DNA of 64,000 nt, from assembly GCA_012517935.1 (NCBI GenBank), contig JAAYUA010000178.1, forward strand, positions 9,897-73,896. Direction: 5' to 3'. Shown piece after piece: positions 29,690 to 40,576 of the stretch. Position 1 is the first letter of the stretch. Every line of letters starts with the position of its first letter. Origin of the DNA: Acetobacter sp. Its GTDB lineage: Bacteria > Pseudomonadota > Alphaproteobacteria > Acetobacterales > Acetobacteraceae. The translations under genes and the position numbers were made by a program. The notes beneath the pieces were generated by a model that was given only the letters and a program-made list of their open reading frames with translations, had not been told where the DNA came from and did not search any database.

Positions 29690-30433
29690 GTGGTCATGAC
29701 ACAGATCGTCTTTTATGTTTTCGCGGCTGTTCTGCTGCTTTCCGCGACGATGGTTATCAGTGCCCGTAATCCCGTGCATTCGGTTCTTTTCCTGATTCTT
29801 GCATTTTTCAATGCGGCGGGACTGTTTCTGATTGCCGGTGCAGAATTCCTTTCGATGCTGCTGGTGATTGTCTATGTCGGTGCGGTAGCGGTTCTTTTCC
29901 TTTTCGTTGTGATGATGCTCGACATCGATTTCACGAAAATGCGTGAAGGCCTGCAACGCTATGCCCCGTTTGGTGCGGCAGTCGGTGCGGTTCTGTTTGC
30001 TGAACTGGTGATGGCATTCCTTCACTGGCATCAGGCTCCTGTCCGGGTCATGCCGATTACGGGTGGTCTTGGTCAGCCTGGTGGACCGCACACCAATACA
30101 GCTGCGCTCGGAAACATCATTTACACACATTATCTTCTGCCATTTCAGGCGTGCGGACTTGTTCTGCTTGTCGCCATGATTGGCGCCATCACGCTGACAC
30201 TGCGTGAGCGTCCGACCGGTCGACGTCAGTTGATTGATCGTCAGCATGCGCGGCGTCGCGAAGATACTCTGGAAATGCTGACACTGCCTTTGGGCAATAG
30301 TGTTGTGGATAATGGCGGTTTCCGTCGCCCCGATACCTATTACGGGACGGCCGTTCCGGGGTCTTGGGGTGTTCCGGAAGGTGAAGGCGGCAAGGTCGTC
30401 AAGGCTGTGCCGGCAGAGGGAGATCACGCATGA
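29690..30433 (+). CDS. nuoJ: NADH-quinone oxidoreductase subunit J, with an approximately 45-aa hydrophilic C-terminal extension
   Basis: Five TM segments; '[27 protein letters not shown]'. Position between nuoI and nuoK. Confidence 0.9.
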   Translation: MVMTQIVFYVFAAVLLLSATMVISARNPVHSVLFLILAFFNAAGLFLIAGAEFLSMLLVIVYVGAVAVLFLFVVMMLDIDFTKMREGLQRYAPFGAAVGAVLFAELVMAFLHWHQAPVRVMPITGGLGQPGGPHTNTAALGNIIYTHYLLPFQACGLVLLVAMIGAITLTLRERPTGRRQLIDRQHARRREDTLEMLTLPLGNSVVDNGGFRRPDTYYGTAVPGSWGVPEGEGGKVVKAVPAEGDHA

Positions 30434-30753
30434 CGCCCGCTCTTGAACAGATCGGACAGGTGCCGTTCCTGATTGTCAGCGCGGTTCTTCTGGTTCTTGG
30501 CGTGTTCGGAATTTTTCTGAACCGTAAGAATATCATCATCATCATGATGTCCATGGAACTGATCCTGCTGTCTGCGAACCTGAATTTTGTGGTGTTTTCC
30601 GCAGTTCATGGTGATCTGAGCGGGCAGGTGATGACGCTTTTTGTTCTGACCATTGCAGCGGCTGAAGCAGCGATTGGTCTGGCAATCCTGACTGTTTATT
30701 TCCGTAATCGCGGCTCGATCCAGGTCGAGGACGTGACGATGATGAAGGGCTGA
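30430..30753 (+). CDS. nuoK: NADH-quinone oxidoreductase subunit K
   Basis: 107 aa, 3 TM; '[15 protein letters not shown]', '[12 protein letters not shown]'. Confidence 0.93.
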   Translation: MTPALEQIGQVPFLIVSAVLLVLGVFGIFLNRKNIIIIMMSMELILLSANLNFVVFSAVHGDLSGQVMTLFVLTIAAAEAAIGLAILTVYFRNRGSIQVEDVTMMKG

Positions 30754-30759
30754 CCGGTC

Positions 30760-32703
30760 ATGCAGGCAGCACTGATGTGTTTCGCGTTTGCGATTTTCTC
30801 TCCGCTTGCCGGCGCCCTGATTGCGGGTCTGTTCGGGCGGAAAATCGGTGATGGGGCTGCGCAGGCGGTCACTATCTTCTTCATGGCGCTTGCCGCGATC
30901 TGTGGCGTGAGCGCACTTGGAATGGGACTTGCTTCGGGAGGGATGCCTGCCGTTTTCGTCCTGAGTGACTGGATCAGCGCGGGCGGTTTTCAGACGACCT
31001 GGGCGCTGAGATGCGACACGCTGTCAGTGACGATGGTGGCAATGGTCCTGTGCGTTTCATTGCTGGTCCATATCTATAGCGTTGGCTACATGTCCCATGA
31101 CGGGATGCCGCGTTATCGCTTCTTTGCCTATCTGTCGCTGTTCACCTTCGCGATGCTCATGCTGGTTTCGTCAAATGATCTGATCCAGCTGTTCTTTGGT
31201 TGGGAAGGTGTTGGTCTGGCCAGTTATCTGCTGATTGGATACTGGTATGATCGCCCTTCGGCGACTGCCGCTGCGATCAAGGCTTTTGTCGTCAACCGTG
31301 TTGCTGACCTGTTCTTTCTGGTTGGCATCGGTCTGATTTACATCGTGTTCGGCACGGTGAACTACGACCGTATTTTCCTGAACATTCCGGGGCAGCTCGG
31401 GACGGGTTACATGCTGTTCGGTTCACCACACAGTGTGATGGAAGTTATTGCAACGCTTCTGTTTATCGGTGCGATGGGCAAATCGGCTCAGCTGTTTCTG
31501 CACACATGGCTTCCAGACGCGATGGAGGGGCCGACGCCTGTCTCCGCGCTGATCCATGCTGCAACGATGGTCACGGCGGGTGTTTTCCTGATGGCGCGTA
31601 TGTCGCCGTTGCTGGAATTTGCGCCTTACACCAAGGATTTCATTGTTCTGATTGGTGGGACGACCTGTTTCTTTGCTGCGACCGTTGGCATGGTTCAGCC
31701 GGACATCAAGCGAACGATCGCATATTCCACCTGTTCACAGCTTGGATACATGTTTGTCGCCATTGGTGTCGGGGCCTATCAGGCCGGTGTTTTCCATCTG
31801 ACGACGCATGCCTTTTTCAAGGCGCTCCTGTTTCTTGCCGCAGGCTCGGTCATCCACGCAGTGCATGATGAGCAGGACATGTTCAAAATGGGCGGTCTGT
31901 GGAAGAAAATTCCTCTGACTTATGCCGTCATGTGGATTGGCAGTCTTGCGCTGGCAGGTGTGTTTCCTTTCGCAGGTTACTGGTCGAAGGACGCGATCCT
32001 TAATGCGGCATGGGTTTCCGGTTCAGGCTTCGGTCATTACGGCTGGATCATGGGCACGGTTACAGCATTCATCACCGCCTTTTACAGCTGGCGTCTGATT
32101 TTCCTCGTCTTCCATGGCAAACCGCGTGAGCAGCATCTTTATGATGGTGCGCATGAAAGCCCGCCTGTGATGACCGCACCGCTGGTGCTTCTGTCTCTGG
32201 GAGCCATTTTTGCCGGTGTTGCTTTTGCTCCGTTTTATATCGGGCATTATCAGGCCGCGTTCTGGGGTGGTTCGATCTTCAATGGTCCGGGAAACAGCAT
32301 CATGGAAAGGCTGGAAGATGTGCCTTCCATGATCGCATTCGCACCTTCTGTCGCCGGTCTTCTTGGAATTCTGGTTGCCTGGGTTGCGTATATTTCCTCT
32401 CCCGCTTTGCCAGCTTCGCTCGCGAAGTCATTCCGTCCGCTTTACCTGTTCCTGTTGAACAAGTGGTATTTCGACGAACTGTATGACGTCATTTTTGTTC
32501 GCCCCTATCAGGCTATTGCGCGCTTCCTGTGGCGCAACGTTGATGAGGACGTGATCGAGAAAATGCCTATGGGGGCGGCGCGTCTGACGTTCCAGTCCGC
32601 TATTCAGGCTGCACGGACGCAGACCGGCTCGATTGCGGTCTATGCCTTTACGACCCTGATCGGTCTGGTCCTGCTGATCTCGACCATTGTGTTTCTGGGA
32701 TGA
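30760..32703 (+). CDS. nuoL: NADH-quinone oxidoreductase subunit L
   Basis: 647 aa; 'GWEGVGLASYLLIGYW', 'HTWLPDAMEGPTPVSALIHAATMVTAGV'; long C-terminal amphipathic/TM region. Confidence 0.95.
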   Translation: MQAALMCFAFAIFSPLAGALIAGLFGRKIGDGAAQAVTIFFMALAAICGVSALGMGLASGGMPAVFVLSDWISAGGFQTTWALRCDTLSVTMVAMVLCVSLLVHIYSVGYMSHDGMPRYRFFAYLSLFTFAMLMLVSSNDLIQLFFGWEGVGLASYLLIGYWYDRPSATAAAIKAFVVNRVADLFFLVGIGLIYIVFGTVNYDRIFLNIPGQLGTGYMLFGSPHSVMEVIATLLFIGAMGKSAQLFLHTWLPDAMEGPTPVSALIHAATMVTAGVFLMARMSPLLEFAPYTKDFIVLIGGTTCFFAATVGMVQPDIKRTIAYSTCSQLGYMFVAIGVGAYQAGVFHLTTHAFFKALLFLAAGSVIHAVHDEQDMFKMGGLWKKIPLTYAVMWIGSLALAGVFPFAGYWSKDAILNAAWVSGSGFGHYGWIMGTVTAFITAFYSWRLIFLVFHGKPREQHLYDGAHESPPVMTAPLVLLSLGAIFAGVAFAPFYIGHYQAAFWGGSIFNGPGNSIMERLEDVPSMIAFAPSVAGLLGILVAWVAYISSPALPASLAKSFRPLYLFLLNKWYFDELYDVIFVRPYQAIARFLWRNVDEDVIEKMPMGAARLTFQSAIQAARTQTGSIAVYAFTTLIGLVLLISTIVFLG

Positions 32704-32775
32704 GCGGGGCCGAGAGGGAGAGCGTAGCCATGTTTCGTATTTCTTCGATTTCCAGACTGAACGGATAACGGCACG

Positions 32776-34200
32776 ATGAACTGGATGCCTGCTTTCCCGG
32801 AACTCGTGCTTGCAATTTGCGGCCTGATTATCCTTGTTGTCGGAGCTTTTCTTAAGAAAACAGAAAGCTTTGTTCCCGTATCCGCGCTGACGATTGCAGC
32901 CTTGGTCGGAACAGCTTTTCTGGTGTGTGGTTCAGCGGATGGAGTTGGCCTTGGTCATCTCTTCATCAATGACAATTTTGCACGCTTCCTGAAGCTGCTT
33001 ATTTTGACGGGTGGTATTCTCGCGACGGTTGTTGCGATGGGATATGTTCGTGAAGGTGGTGACCTTCCGTTCGAAACGCCTGTGTTGATGCTGTTTTCCA
33101 CGCTTGGTGCGATGCTGATGGCGTCGTCGGGGAATCTAATCACACTCTTTGTGGGTCTCGAACTGTCCTCGCTCTCTATCTACATTCTCTGCGCCATTGA
33201 GCGGGAGCGTCTGAAGGCGGCAGAAGCAGGTCTGAAATATTTCATTCTGGGCTCTCTGGCATCGGGGCTGCTGCTTTATGGAATTTCGCTGGTTTATGGT
33301 TATGCCGGGACGATGGAATATCCGGCCTTGACCAGCATTCTGATGGCCAGTGGTCTGCTTCCTGTCGGTCTTGTTATTGGCATCGTGTTTATTATCGTCG
33401 GACTGGCTTTCAAGCTGTCTGCCGTGCCGTTCCATATGTGGACGCCCGATGTCTATCAGGGCGCTCCAACACCTGTGACAGCTTTTATGGCGGGCGCTCC
33501 GAAGTTTGCTGCTTTTGCGCTGCTGATCCGGATCATGGCAGGTCCGTTCGGGATGCTCGCTCCACGTTGGCAGCTTCTTCTGGTCGTTATCTCGGCTCTG
33601 TCGATGCTGTTCGGTTCGCTGGCGGCCATTCCCCAGACCGACATCAAACGTCTTATGGCTTATTCCTCGATCGGTCATATGGGTTATGCCATGATGGGTC
33701 TTGCCTCCGCTTCAGGCGCAGGCATTCGCGGTACGCTGGTCTATCTTTCAGCCTATCTGGTTATGAATGCTGGTGTGTTTGCCGGAATTGCTGCCATGCG
33801 TCGTCAGGGGCATGAAGTGACCAAGATCCGTGATCTGGCCGGTCTGGGACAGACGAACCCGGCGATGGCTTTGACCATGACGGTGTTCATGTTCTCGATG
33901 ATCGGCGTTCCTCCGATGGCCGGGTTCTTTGGCAAATTCATGGTCTTTGCTGCGGCTTGGAATGCAGGCCTGACGGGTCTTCTGATTGTTGGTGGTGTTT
34001 CCGCCCTGATTGGTGCCTATTATTATCTGCGTGTTGTGAAGATCATGTATTTCGATGCGCCAGAAGGTAGCTTCGATCGTCCTGCTCCTTCTCTGACCTT
34101 TGTGTCGGCAAGCATGGGTGTAGCCACGGTTCTTTACGTGGTTGGACTGGGTGTGATCACGTCAGCCGCGGATGCAGCAGCCAGTGCTCTTATCGGCTGA
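32776..34200 (+). CDS. nuoN: NADH-quinone oxidoreductase subunit N (directly after nuoL; no nuoM in between)
   Basis: 'VPFHMWTPDVYQGAPTPVTAFMAGAPKFAAF' is the NuoN/ND2-type motif, not the NuoM-type 'WLPDAHV.APTAGS'. 474 aa. Confidence 0.9.
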   Translation: MNWMPAFPELVLAICGLIILVVGAFLKKTESFVPVSALTIAALVGTAFLVCGSADGVGLGHLFINDNFARFLKLLILTGGILATVVAMGYVREGGDLPFETPVLMLFSTLGAMLMASSGNLITLFVGLELSSLSIYILCAIERERLKAAEAGLKYFILGSLASGLLLYGISLVYGYAGTMEYPALTSILMASGLLPVGLVIGIVFIIVGLAFKLSAVPFHMWTPDVYQGAPTPVTAFMAGAPKFAAFALLIRIMAGPFGMLAPRWQLLLVVISALSMLFGSLAAIPQTDIKRLMAYSSIGHMGYAMMGLASASGAGIRGTLVYLSAYLVMNAGVFAGIAAMRRQGHEVTKIRDLAGLGQTNPAMALTMTVFMFSMIGVPPMAGFFGKFMVFAAAWNAGLTGLLIVGGVSALIGAYYYLRVVKIMYFDAPEGSFDRPAPSLTFVSASMGVATVLYVVGLGVITSAADAAASALIG

Positions 34201-34984
34201 GACTGTTGCGATCCCTGATGGAAGCGGACATGCCCCGCACTCCATCAGGACATGGCGCTTTGAACTGTATGACGAAATCGGTTCAACGTCTGATCTGTGC
34301 AAGGAAAGAGCCGAGAGTGGTGAACCTGAAGGTTTGGCTGTTCTTGCGTTGAAGCAGACAAAAGGCCGCGGCAGCCGTGGGCGTCAATGGTCTGATCCGG
34401 GGGACAGTCTGGCGTTGTCAGTTCTGCTCCGTCCTGATCCGCAAGCCGATGTTCTCCCTGCATTATGGCCTTTTCTGTTTGCTCTCGCTTTTCGGGATGG
34501 GCTGGTGTCCAGTTGCCCGGGTGCTGAAGATCTTCTGAAGCTGAAATGGCCGAATGATATTCTTCTCCATGGTCGTAAACTGGCAGGCCTGTTGATTGAA
34601 CGGGGTGGATCTGACTGCGGCTCCTGGCTGGTCGCCGGACTGGGTGCCAATCTGGTGCGTGCCCCCCGGATTGAGGGTCGGGATTTGGCTGCCTTGAGAG
34701 AGTGCGGTTCCATCCCCGATCGAGATGTTGTTGCCCGGAATATCCTTTCCGCGCTCACGCACTGGTTGGCGGTCATGGCGGAAAAGGGCTTTGCACCGAT
34801 CCGAAGTGCATGGATACGCCACGCCCTTGCGGAAGGGACGCGTCTTGTGGCGCAGAGTGGAAATACGTATATCGAAGGAGAATTCGCGGGTATTGATGAG
34901 GTCGGTGCCCTGATCCTCAGGACTGCTGATGGGCCGAAACGTATTGCGACGGCCGAAGTGTTCCTGATGTCTGGCAGGGAGTGA
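34172..34984 (+). CDS. birA: Biotin--[acetyl-CoA-carboxylase] ligase
   Basis: Biotin-binding loop 'KGRGSRGRQW', 'KWPNDILLHGRKLAGLL'. No N-terminal HTH, so group I. Start uncertain; ATG 34172 overlaps the nuoN end by 29 nt. Confidence 0.85.
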   Translation: MQQPVLLSAETVAIPDGSGHAPHSIRTWRFELYDEIGSTSDLCKERAESGEPEGLAVLALKQTKGRGSRGRQWSDPGDSLALSVLLRPDPQADVLPALWPFLFALAFRDGLVSSCPGAEDLLKLKWPNDILLHGRKLAGLLIERGGSDCGSWLVAGLGANLVRAPRIEGRDLAALRECGSIPDRDVVARNILSALTHWLAVMAEKGFAPIRSAWIRHALAEGTRLVAQSGNTYIEGEFAGIDEVGALILRTADGPKRIATAEVFLMSGRE

Positions 34985-35251
34985 GGCGGATATTTCCCGT
35001 CCATATCTCTGGTGCAAAAAGTATTTTCCGTTCGTGTCGATCAGACCCGGATGTGTGGAATTGAGTGACGTGTCCGGGCAATTTGTCCGGAAAATGTGCG
35101 GGATTGTTTTCGCGTTTGAGCCGGATGGGTTCCGCGGAGCATGCGCCCGCAAGACAGATTCAGGCGTTCGCGCCGTACAACTCGATGAGTTTTTCCGGAG
35201 TCAGTGAGTCCGGACGTGTCATGGTATTTTTTGGTAAGGTAAGCTGAACAT

Positions 35252-36898
35252 ATGACAGAACAAAAAGACGGTCTGGCCTTTCTGCCTTTGGGCGGAACGG
35301 GTGAGATCGGCATGAATCTCAATCTTTATCGTCTTGGTGAATCGTGGCTGATCGTTGATTGCGGTATTGGTTTTTCGGGCAATGATACCCCGGAAGCCGA
35401 GGTTCTGACGCCAGATCCGACATTCATCGCGGAACGTCGCGACCAAATTGCAGGCATGGTTATTACGCATGCGCATGAGGATCATCTCGGAGCGGTTGCG
35501 CATTTATGGACGCGTCTTGGTTGTCCTATCTATGCAACGCCTTTTGCGGCTTCGGTTCTCCGCCGCAAGCTGGGTGAGGCACGGCTCCTGCATCATGTGA
35601 CGATTTATACCATTCCCTGTGGAAGTCGTTTTGAGGTCGGGCCGTTCGATATTGAATTCATACCGGTCGCGCATTCGGTTCCCGAGGCTCAGGCACTGGC
35701 AATCCGGACGTCATATGGAACTATTGTCCACACGGGTGACTGGAAGATCGATCGGACACCGCTGGTTGGCCCTCCGACGGATCTGAAGCGCCTGAAGGAA
35801 ATTGGCGACGAAGGCGTTCTGGCGCTGGTTTGTGACAGCACGAATGTGATGTCTCCAGACGCCTCCCGTTCGGAAGCCGAAGTCCGGATTGGCATGACAG
35901 AACTGATGTCCCGTCTTGAAGGGCGTATTGCAGTGACCTGCTTTGCGTCCAATGTGGCGCGTGTCGAAACCATCGCGATGGCGGCGCAGGCTGCTGGCCG
36001 GACGGTTGTTCTGGTCGGGCGTTCATTGCGCAATCTTGATAATTCAGCGCGTGAGTGTGGCTATCTGTCCGGTGTTCTGCCTTTCCTGTCAGAGCAGGAA
36101 GTGAACGATCTGCCTGATCGGGAAGTGGTGATGATCATTACTGGCAGCCAGGGTGAGCCGCGCTCTGCGCTGTCCCGCATTGCCTCTGATGTGCATCCCA
36201 ATGTTTCTTTGGGGGAAGGCGACACGGTCATTTATTCCAGCCGCATGATTCCGGGCAATGAACTGGCAATCATGCAGGTGCAGGATAATCTGACGCGCCG
36301 TGGTGTCAGAGTTCTGACGGACAAGGACGCGATGGTCCATTGTTCCGGTCATGCTACGGGCGAAGACGTCCGCATGATGTATGATCTGATACGTCCGGAA
36401 TATGCGATTCCTACGCATGGTGAATGGCGTCATCTGACGGCTCACGCGGCGTTGGCTCAGGAAAAAGGGATCAAATCCCTTCTTCTTGAGGATGGAGACA
36501 TTCTGAATCTGGCACCAGGTGCGGTTGAGGTGGTTGATACGGCGCCGACCGGTCGTTGGGCCGTGGATGGCAACCGTCTGCTGCCCATGGATGGCGATGT
36601 TCTCGCTGCACGCCGCAAGATGTTGTTCAATGGTGTCGTTCTGGCCAGTTTTGCAGTCGATGACGAAGGTTTTGTCATCGGCGAGCCGAAGGTCAGTGCG
36701 CCGGGTCTACTAGATGTTGATGAGCCGGATAGCCGTCGCGTTCAGGAAGAGTTCGCTCTGGCAATTGATCAGATCCCGGATGAACTCCGGATGGATGACC
36801 ATGCCTTCCGTGAGGCAGCTAAAACGGCGCTGCGCCGTGCTCTGGGTCGCAAGATCCAGAAGCGTCCTCTGGTGGATGTGCACGTCCTTCGTGTTTGA
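35252..36898 (+). CDS. rnj: Ribonuclease J (beta-CASP metallo-beta-lactamase)
   Basis: 'ITHAHEDHLGAV' MBL motif, beta-CASP region and 'CSGHA'. 548 aa. Confidence 0.88.
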   Translation: MTEQKDGLAFLPLGGTGEIGMNLNLYRLGESWLIVDCGIGFSGNDTPEAEVLTPDPTFIAERRDQIAGMVITHAHEDHLGAVAHLWTRLGCPIYATPFAASVLRRKLGEARLLHHVTIYTIPCGSRFEVGPFDIEFIPVAHSVPEAQALAIRTSYGTIVHTGDWKIDRTPLVGPPTDLKRLKEIGDEGVLALVCDSTNVMSPDASRSEAEVRIGMTELMSRLEGRIAVTCFASNVARVETIAMAAQAAGRTVVLVGRSLRNLDNSARECGYLSGVLPFLSEQEVNDLPDREVVMIITGSQGEPRSALSRIASDVHPNVSLGEGDTVIYSSRMIPGNELAIMQVQDNLTRRGVRVLTDKDAMVHCSGHATGEDVRMMYDLIRPEYAIPTHGEWRHLTAHAALAQEKGIKSLLLEDGDILNLAPGAVEVVDTAPTGRWAVDGNRLLPMDGDVLAARRKMLFNGVVLASFAVDDEGFVIGEPKVSAPGLLDVDEPDSRRVQEEFALAIDQIPDELRMDDHAFREAAKTALRRALGRKIQKRPLVDVHVLRV

Positions 36899-36909
36899 GT
36901 GAAAACAAA

Positions 36910-36968
36910 GATGGCGAGGAAGTTGCCCTCCTCGCCATCAGCACGTTGTCCGTGCTTTTATTTTTTTA
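36910..36968 (+). terminator. Tandem hairpins after rnj: an 11-bp stem, then a 6-bp stem with a T-tract
   Basis: GATGGCGAGGA/TCCTCGCCATC (36910-36939), then AGCACG/CGTGCT followed by TTTTATTTTTTT. Confidence 0.7.
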
Positions 36969-37185
36969 ATGAATAAAAGTAATCACAGAATCGAATATAA
37001 GCAAAATCACGAAACCTTGTGAGCTTGCCCACGGGTGAGGGAGAGAATGTCTCCCGCAGAATATTTTGTGATGTGGACAGCGGAACTGGCTGGCAGCCTC
37101 TTGCTTCAGGCCCCCTTGCACGGGCATAGCCGAACAGAAGGCCCCATTCGCCACGGGGCGATTTGAATTTTCAACTGGATTCTCG

Positions 37186-38502
37186 ATGCGCCTCTCACGC
37201 AGTTTTCTGCCCACCCTGAAAGAAACACCCGCCGACGCCCAGATTGCTTCGCATCGTCTGATGCTGCGAGCTGGTCTGGTCAGGCAGACGGCATCGGGAA
37301 TTTACGCGTGGCTGCCGGCTGGCCTGAGAGTCCTGCGTAATATCGAGACTATTGTTCGTCAGGAGCAGAACAGGGTCGGGGCGCAGGAGCTTCTTATGCC
37401 GACGTTGCAATCGGCTGACCTGTGGCGTCGTTCCGGGCGTTATGACGCTTATGGTCCGGAAATGCTGCGGATCCGCGATCGCCATGAACGCGAGTTGCTT
37501 TATGGACCGACCAATGAGGAAATGATCACTGATCTCTTCGGACAGGTGGTGAAATCCTATAAGGATCTGCCGAAGGCGCTGTATCATATCCAGTGGAAAT
37601 TCCGCGATGAGGTACGTCCGCGTTTTGGTGTGATGCGTGGTCGCGAATTCCTGATGAAAGATGCCTACAGCTTCGATCAGGATTATGCGTCGGCTGTTGC
37701 AAGTTATCAGCGCATGATGCTGGCCTATCTCCGGACGTTCCAGCGTCTGGGTGTGCGGGCTGTTCCGATGGTGGCTGACACGGGTCCGATCGGTGGCGAA
37801 CTGTCGCATGAATTTCTGATCCTTGCTCCGACAGGAGAAAGTGGCGTTTTCTATGATGCGGCGCTGGAAGGGCAGGATTGGCTGGCTGAGCCTGTGGATA
37901 CAGACAATCATCAGGCTCTGGCGTCATTCTTTGATGAGGTGACGTCTCATTATGCTGCGACCGATGAAAAACATGATGAGGCAGCCTGGGACAAGATTCC
38001 GGTTGAGCGTCGTCGCGAAGGGCGTGGCATTGAAGTCGGGCATATTTTCTATTTTGGCGACAAATATACCAAATCGATGGACATTTCCGTCACCGGACCG
38101 GACGGGACGATGATCCACCCGGAAATGGGTTCTTACGGTATTGGTGTTTCCCGTCTTGTTGGTGCGATCATCGAAGCCAGCCATGATGATGCCGGCATCA
38201 TCTGGCCGGAGTCCATCGCGCCGTTCCGGGCCGTGATCATTAATCTCAAGGGTGGAGACGAGGAATGCGACGCGCTGTGTGAAAAGCTTTACGCAGCAGG
38301 TCCTGATGCTCTTCTCTATGATGACCGCAAGGATCGTGCGGGCGCGAAATTCGCCGATGCGGACTTGATGGGGCATCCGTGGCAGATCATTGTTGGTCCG
38401 CGCGGCGCGAAAGCAGGTCTGGTTGAGTTGAAACATCGGGCGACGGGAGAGCGTGTTGAAATATCTCCAGAAGAAGCTTTGAAAAAAGTGTTTGCCGTCT
38501 GA
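37186..38502 (+). CDS. proS: Proline--tRNA ligase (short type lacking the large INS editing domain)
   Basis: Class II motifs '[25 protein letters not shown]' and '[16 protein letters not shown]'. 438 aa. Confidence 0.93.
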   Translation: MRLSRSFLPTLKETPADAQIASHRLMLRAGLVRQTASGIYAWLPAGLRVLRNIETIVRQEQNRVGAQELLMPTLQSADLWRRSGRYDAYGPEMLRIRDRHERELLYGPTNEEMITDLFGQVVKSYKDLPKALYHIQWKFRDEVRPRFGVMRGREFLMKDAYSFDQDYASAVASYQRMMLAYLRTFQRLGVRAVPMVADTGPIGGELSHEFLILAPTGESGVFYDAALEGQDWLAEPVDTDNHQALASFFDEVTSHYAATDEKHDEAAWDKIPVERRREGRGIEVGHIFYFGDKYTKSMDISVTGPDGTMIHPEMGSYGIGVSRLVGAIIEASHDDAGIIWPESIAPFRAVIINLKGGDEECDALCEKLYAAGPDALLYDDRKDRAGAKFADADLMGHPWQIIVGPRGAKAGLVELKHRATGERVEISPEEALKKVFAV

Positions 38503-39746
38503 TGTTCGGTCCTTTCGAGCGCGCGGTGGCCGGGCGTTATCTGCGTGCCCGAAGAGGGGAACGGTTTGTTTCGGTGATCGCCATTTTCTCCCTGATTGGC
38601 ATAGGCCTTGGGGTGGCGACGCTGATCATCGTGATGGCGGTGATGAATGGTTTCCGGGCCGATCTGATGAGCCGGATACTGGGCCTGAACGGTGATCTGA
38701 CGATTTATGGTGTGACCCGGTCAATCACTGATTACGAGAATATTGCTAAGGAAGTTGCCGCCGTTCCCGGTGTGCGGTCGGTGACGCCCCTGATTGAGGG
38801 GCAGGTGTTGCTGAGTGCCGGGAACTGGAATTCCGGAGGCATGGTTCATGGCATGACCCGTCAGGATTTCCAGAACCTGAAAGCGGTGAGTGGCGATCTG
38901 ATTGACGGATCTCTGGACAAGTTTGAAGGCGACGGCATTGCTGTGGGGGTGTCCATGGCGGAACAGGCCGGGCTGACGCTTGGTTCGGCGGTGACACTGA
39001 TTTCACCGAACGGAGCAGCTACGGCTTTTGGCACGGTGCCGCGCATGAAAACCTATCATATCGTGGCGATTTTCGATGCTGGCGTGAATGATTACAACAA
39101 GAGTTATGTTTTCATGCCGTTGGCGTCTGCTCAGGTTTATTTCGAAAAACCGGGGCAAGTGACGCAGATGATGGTCATGACCAATGATCCGGATAATGCG
39201 CGATCTATTGCGAAGACCATTTCTGACACATTGGCTGATCCGCGCATTCGTGTCCTGGACTGGACACACAGCAATAATGCGTTTTTTGGCGCTCTTGAAG
39301 TTCAGAAGAATGTCCTGTTCCTGATTTTGACGCTGATTATTCTGGTTGCGGCGTTTAACGTTATCTCGTCACTGATCATGATGGTCAGGGACAAGACGGT
39401 GGACATTGCCGTCTTGCGGACCATGGGAGCGACCCGTGGTGCGATCATGAGGATTTTTCTGATGTGCGGCGCGTCTGTTGGCGTGACGGGCACGGTGGCC
39501 GGAACGATTTTTGGCGTCGTTTTCTGTCATTATATCGACAATATCAGGCAGTTGATTGAACGCATGACAGGCACGGCGCTTTTCAATCCTGAAGTCTACT
39601 ACCTTGTGCATTTGCCGGCGCGTCTGATCTGGAGTCAGGTTCTGGAAGTGATCGTCATGGCGTTAACGCTTTCTCTTATGGCCACGCTTTATCCTTCATG
39701 GCGGGCGGCGCGGACGGACCCTGTCGAGGCTCTGCGTCATGGCTGA
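38502..39746 (+). CDS. Lipoprotein-releasing ABC transporter permease (LolC/LolE family)
   Basis: '[14 protein letters not shown]...F' N-terminus, large periplasmic loop, FtsX-like C-terminal TMs. TGATG junction with proS. Confidence 0.88.
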   Translation: MFGPFERAVAGRYLRARRGERFVSVIAIFSLIGIGLGVATLIIVMAVMNGFRADLMSRILGLNGDLTIYGVTRSITDYENIAKEVAAVPGVRSVTPLIEGQVLLSAGNWNSGGMVHGMTRQDFQNLKAVSGDLIDGSLDKFEGDGIAVGVSMAEQAGLTLGSAVTLISPNGAATAFGTVPRMKTYHIVAIFDAGVNDYNKSYVFMPLASAQVYFEKPGQVTQMMVMTNDPDNARSIAKTISDTLADPRIRVLDWTHSNNAFFGALEVQKNVLFLILTLIILVAAFNVISSLIMMVRDKTVDIAVLRTMGATRGAIMRIFLMCGASVGVTGTVAGTIFGVVFCHYIDNIRQLIERMTGTALFNPEVYYLVHLPARLIWSQVLEVIVMALTLSLMATLYPSWRAARTDPVEALRHG

Positions 39747-40434
39747 ATGGGGTGATGTTCCGGCCTTGAAGCTGGTTGACGTCTGTCGATCCTATGGCAG
39801 CGGAGATGCTGGCAGGCTCGATGTTTTGCGTGGCGTGAATTTCACCCTGTATCCGGGGGAGATTGTGGCTCTGGTTGCGCCGTCCGGCACCGGAAAATCT
39901 ACTTTGCTGCATATTGCCGGCCTGCTGGATACGCCGGACAGCGGTGCGGTCGAGATTGCTGGTCGTAATGTCGGTCATTTGTCGGATGCGGTGCGTACAG
40001 GCATTCGCCGTGATGAGATCGGTTTCGTCTATCAGTTCCATCATCTTCTGGCTGAATTCACGGCCGAAGAGAATGTGATCCTGCCCCAGATGGTGGCGGG
40101 AGTATCCCGCAAGGAAGCACGCGTTCGTTCTCAGGAATTGCTCACGCAGTTTGGATTGGGCCATCGTCTGGATCACTTGCCAGGCAAGCTTTCGGGCGGT
40201 GAGAAACAGCGTGTCGCGATTGCCCGTGCCATGGCAAACCGGCCATCTGTGTTGCTTGCGGATGAGCCGACAGGAAATCTGGATGTCCACACATCCGACA
40301 AGGTGTTTGCCGAACTTCTGTCCGCGGTGCGGGCATCGGGGTTGGCGGCACTAATTGCTACGCATAATGATGCGCTGGCAGCAAGAATGGACCGTGTAGT
40401 GGTCATGAGAGACGGGGTTCTGACCGAAATCTGA
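39739..40434 (+). CDS. lolD: Lipoprotein-releasing ABC transporter ATP-binding protein LolD
   Basis: Walker A 'APSGTGKST', signature '[14 protein letters not shown]', Walker B '[11 protein letters not shown]'. 8-nt overlap with the permease gene. Confidence 0.92.
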   Translation: MAEWGDVPALKLVDVCRSYGSGDAGRLDVLRGVNFTLYPGEIVALVAPSGTGKSTLLHIAGLLDTPDSGAVEIAGRNVGHLSDAVRTGIRRDEIGFVYQFHHLLAEFTAEENVILPQMVAGVSRKEARVRSQELLTQFGLGHRLDHLPGKLSGGEKQRVAIARAMANRPSVLLADEPTGNLDVHTSDKVFAELLSAVRASGLAALIATHNDALAARMDRVVVMRDGVLTEI

Positions 40435-40576
40435 TTGTTCGCCGATCCGTCGATAAAGACAGACATAGTCTGTCGGTTCTGACTGTTTGAGGTCTCCATT
40501 GTGGATTTCCGAAGCAGCCAGGAGATTTTCGAAGGATTTGCAGAACTTGCAGTTTTTTGTGGGCTATCTGGGTCTT

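Noticed and set aside
34985-35251. The 267-nt birA-rnj spacer with repeated GTCCGG motifs and small ORFs on both strands (35041..35322 minus, 35065..35247 plus).
   Set aside because: The ORF translations are basic junk with no motifs. The GTCCGG repeats are short and irregularly spaced. No structure or gene could be supported.
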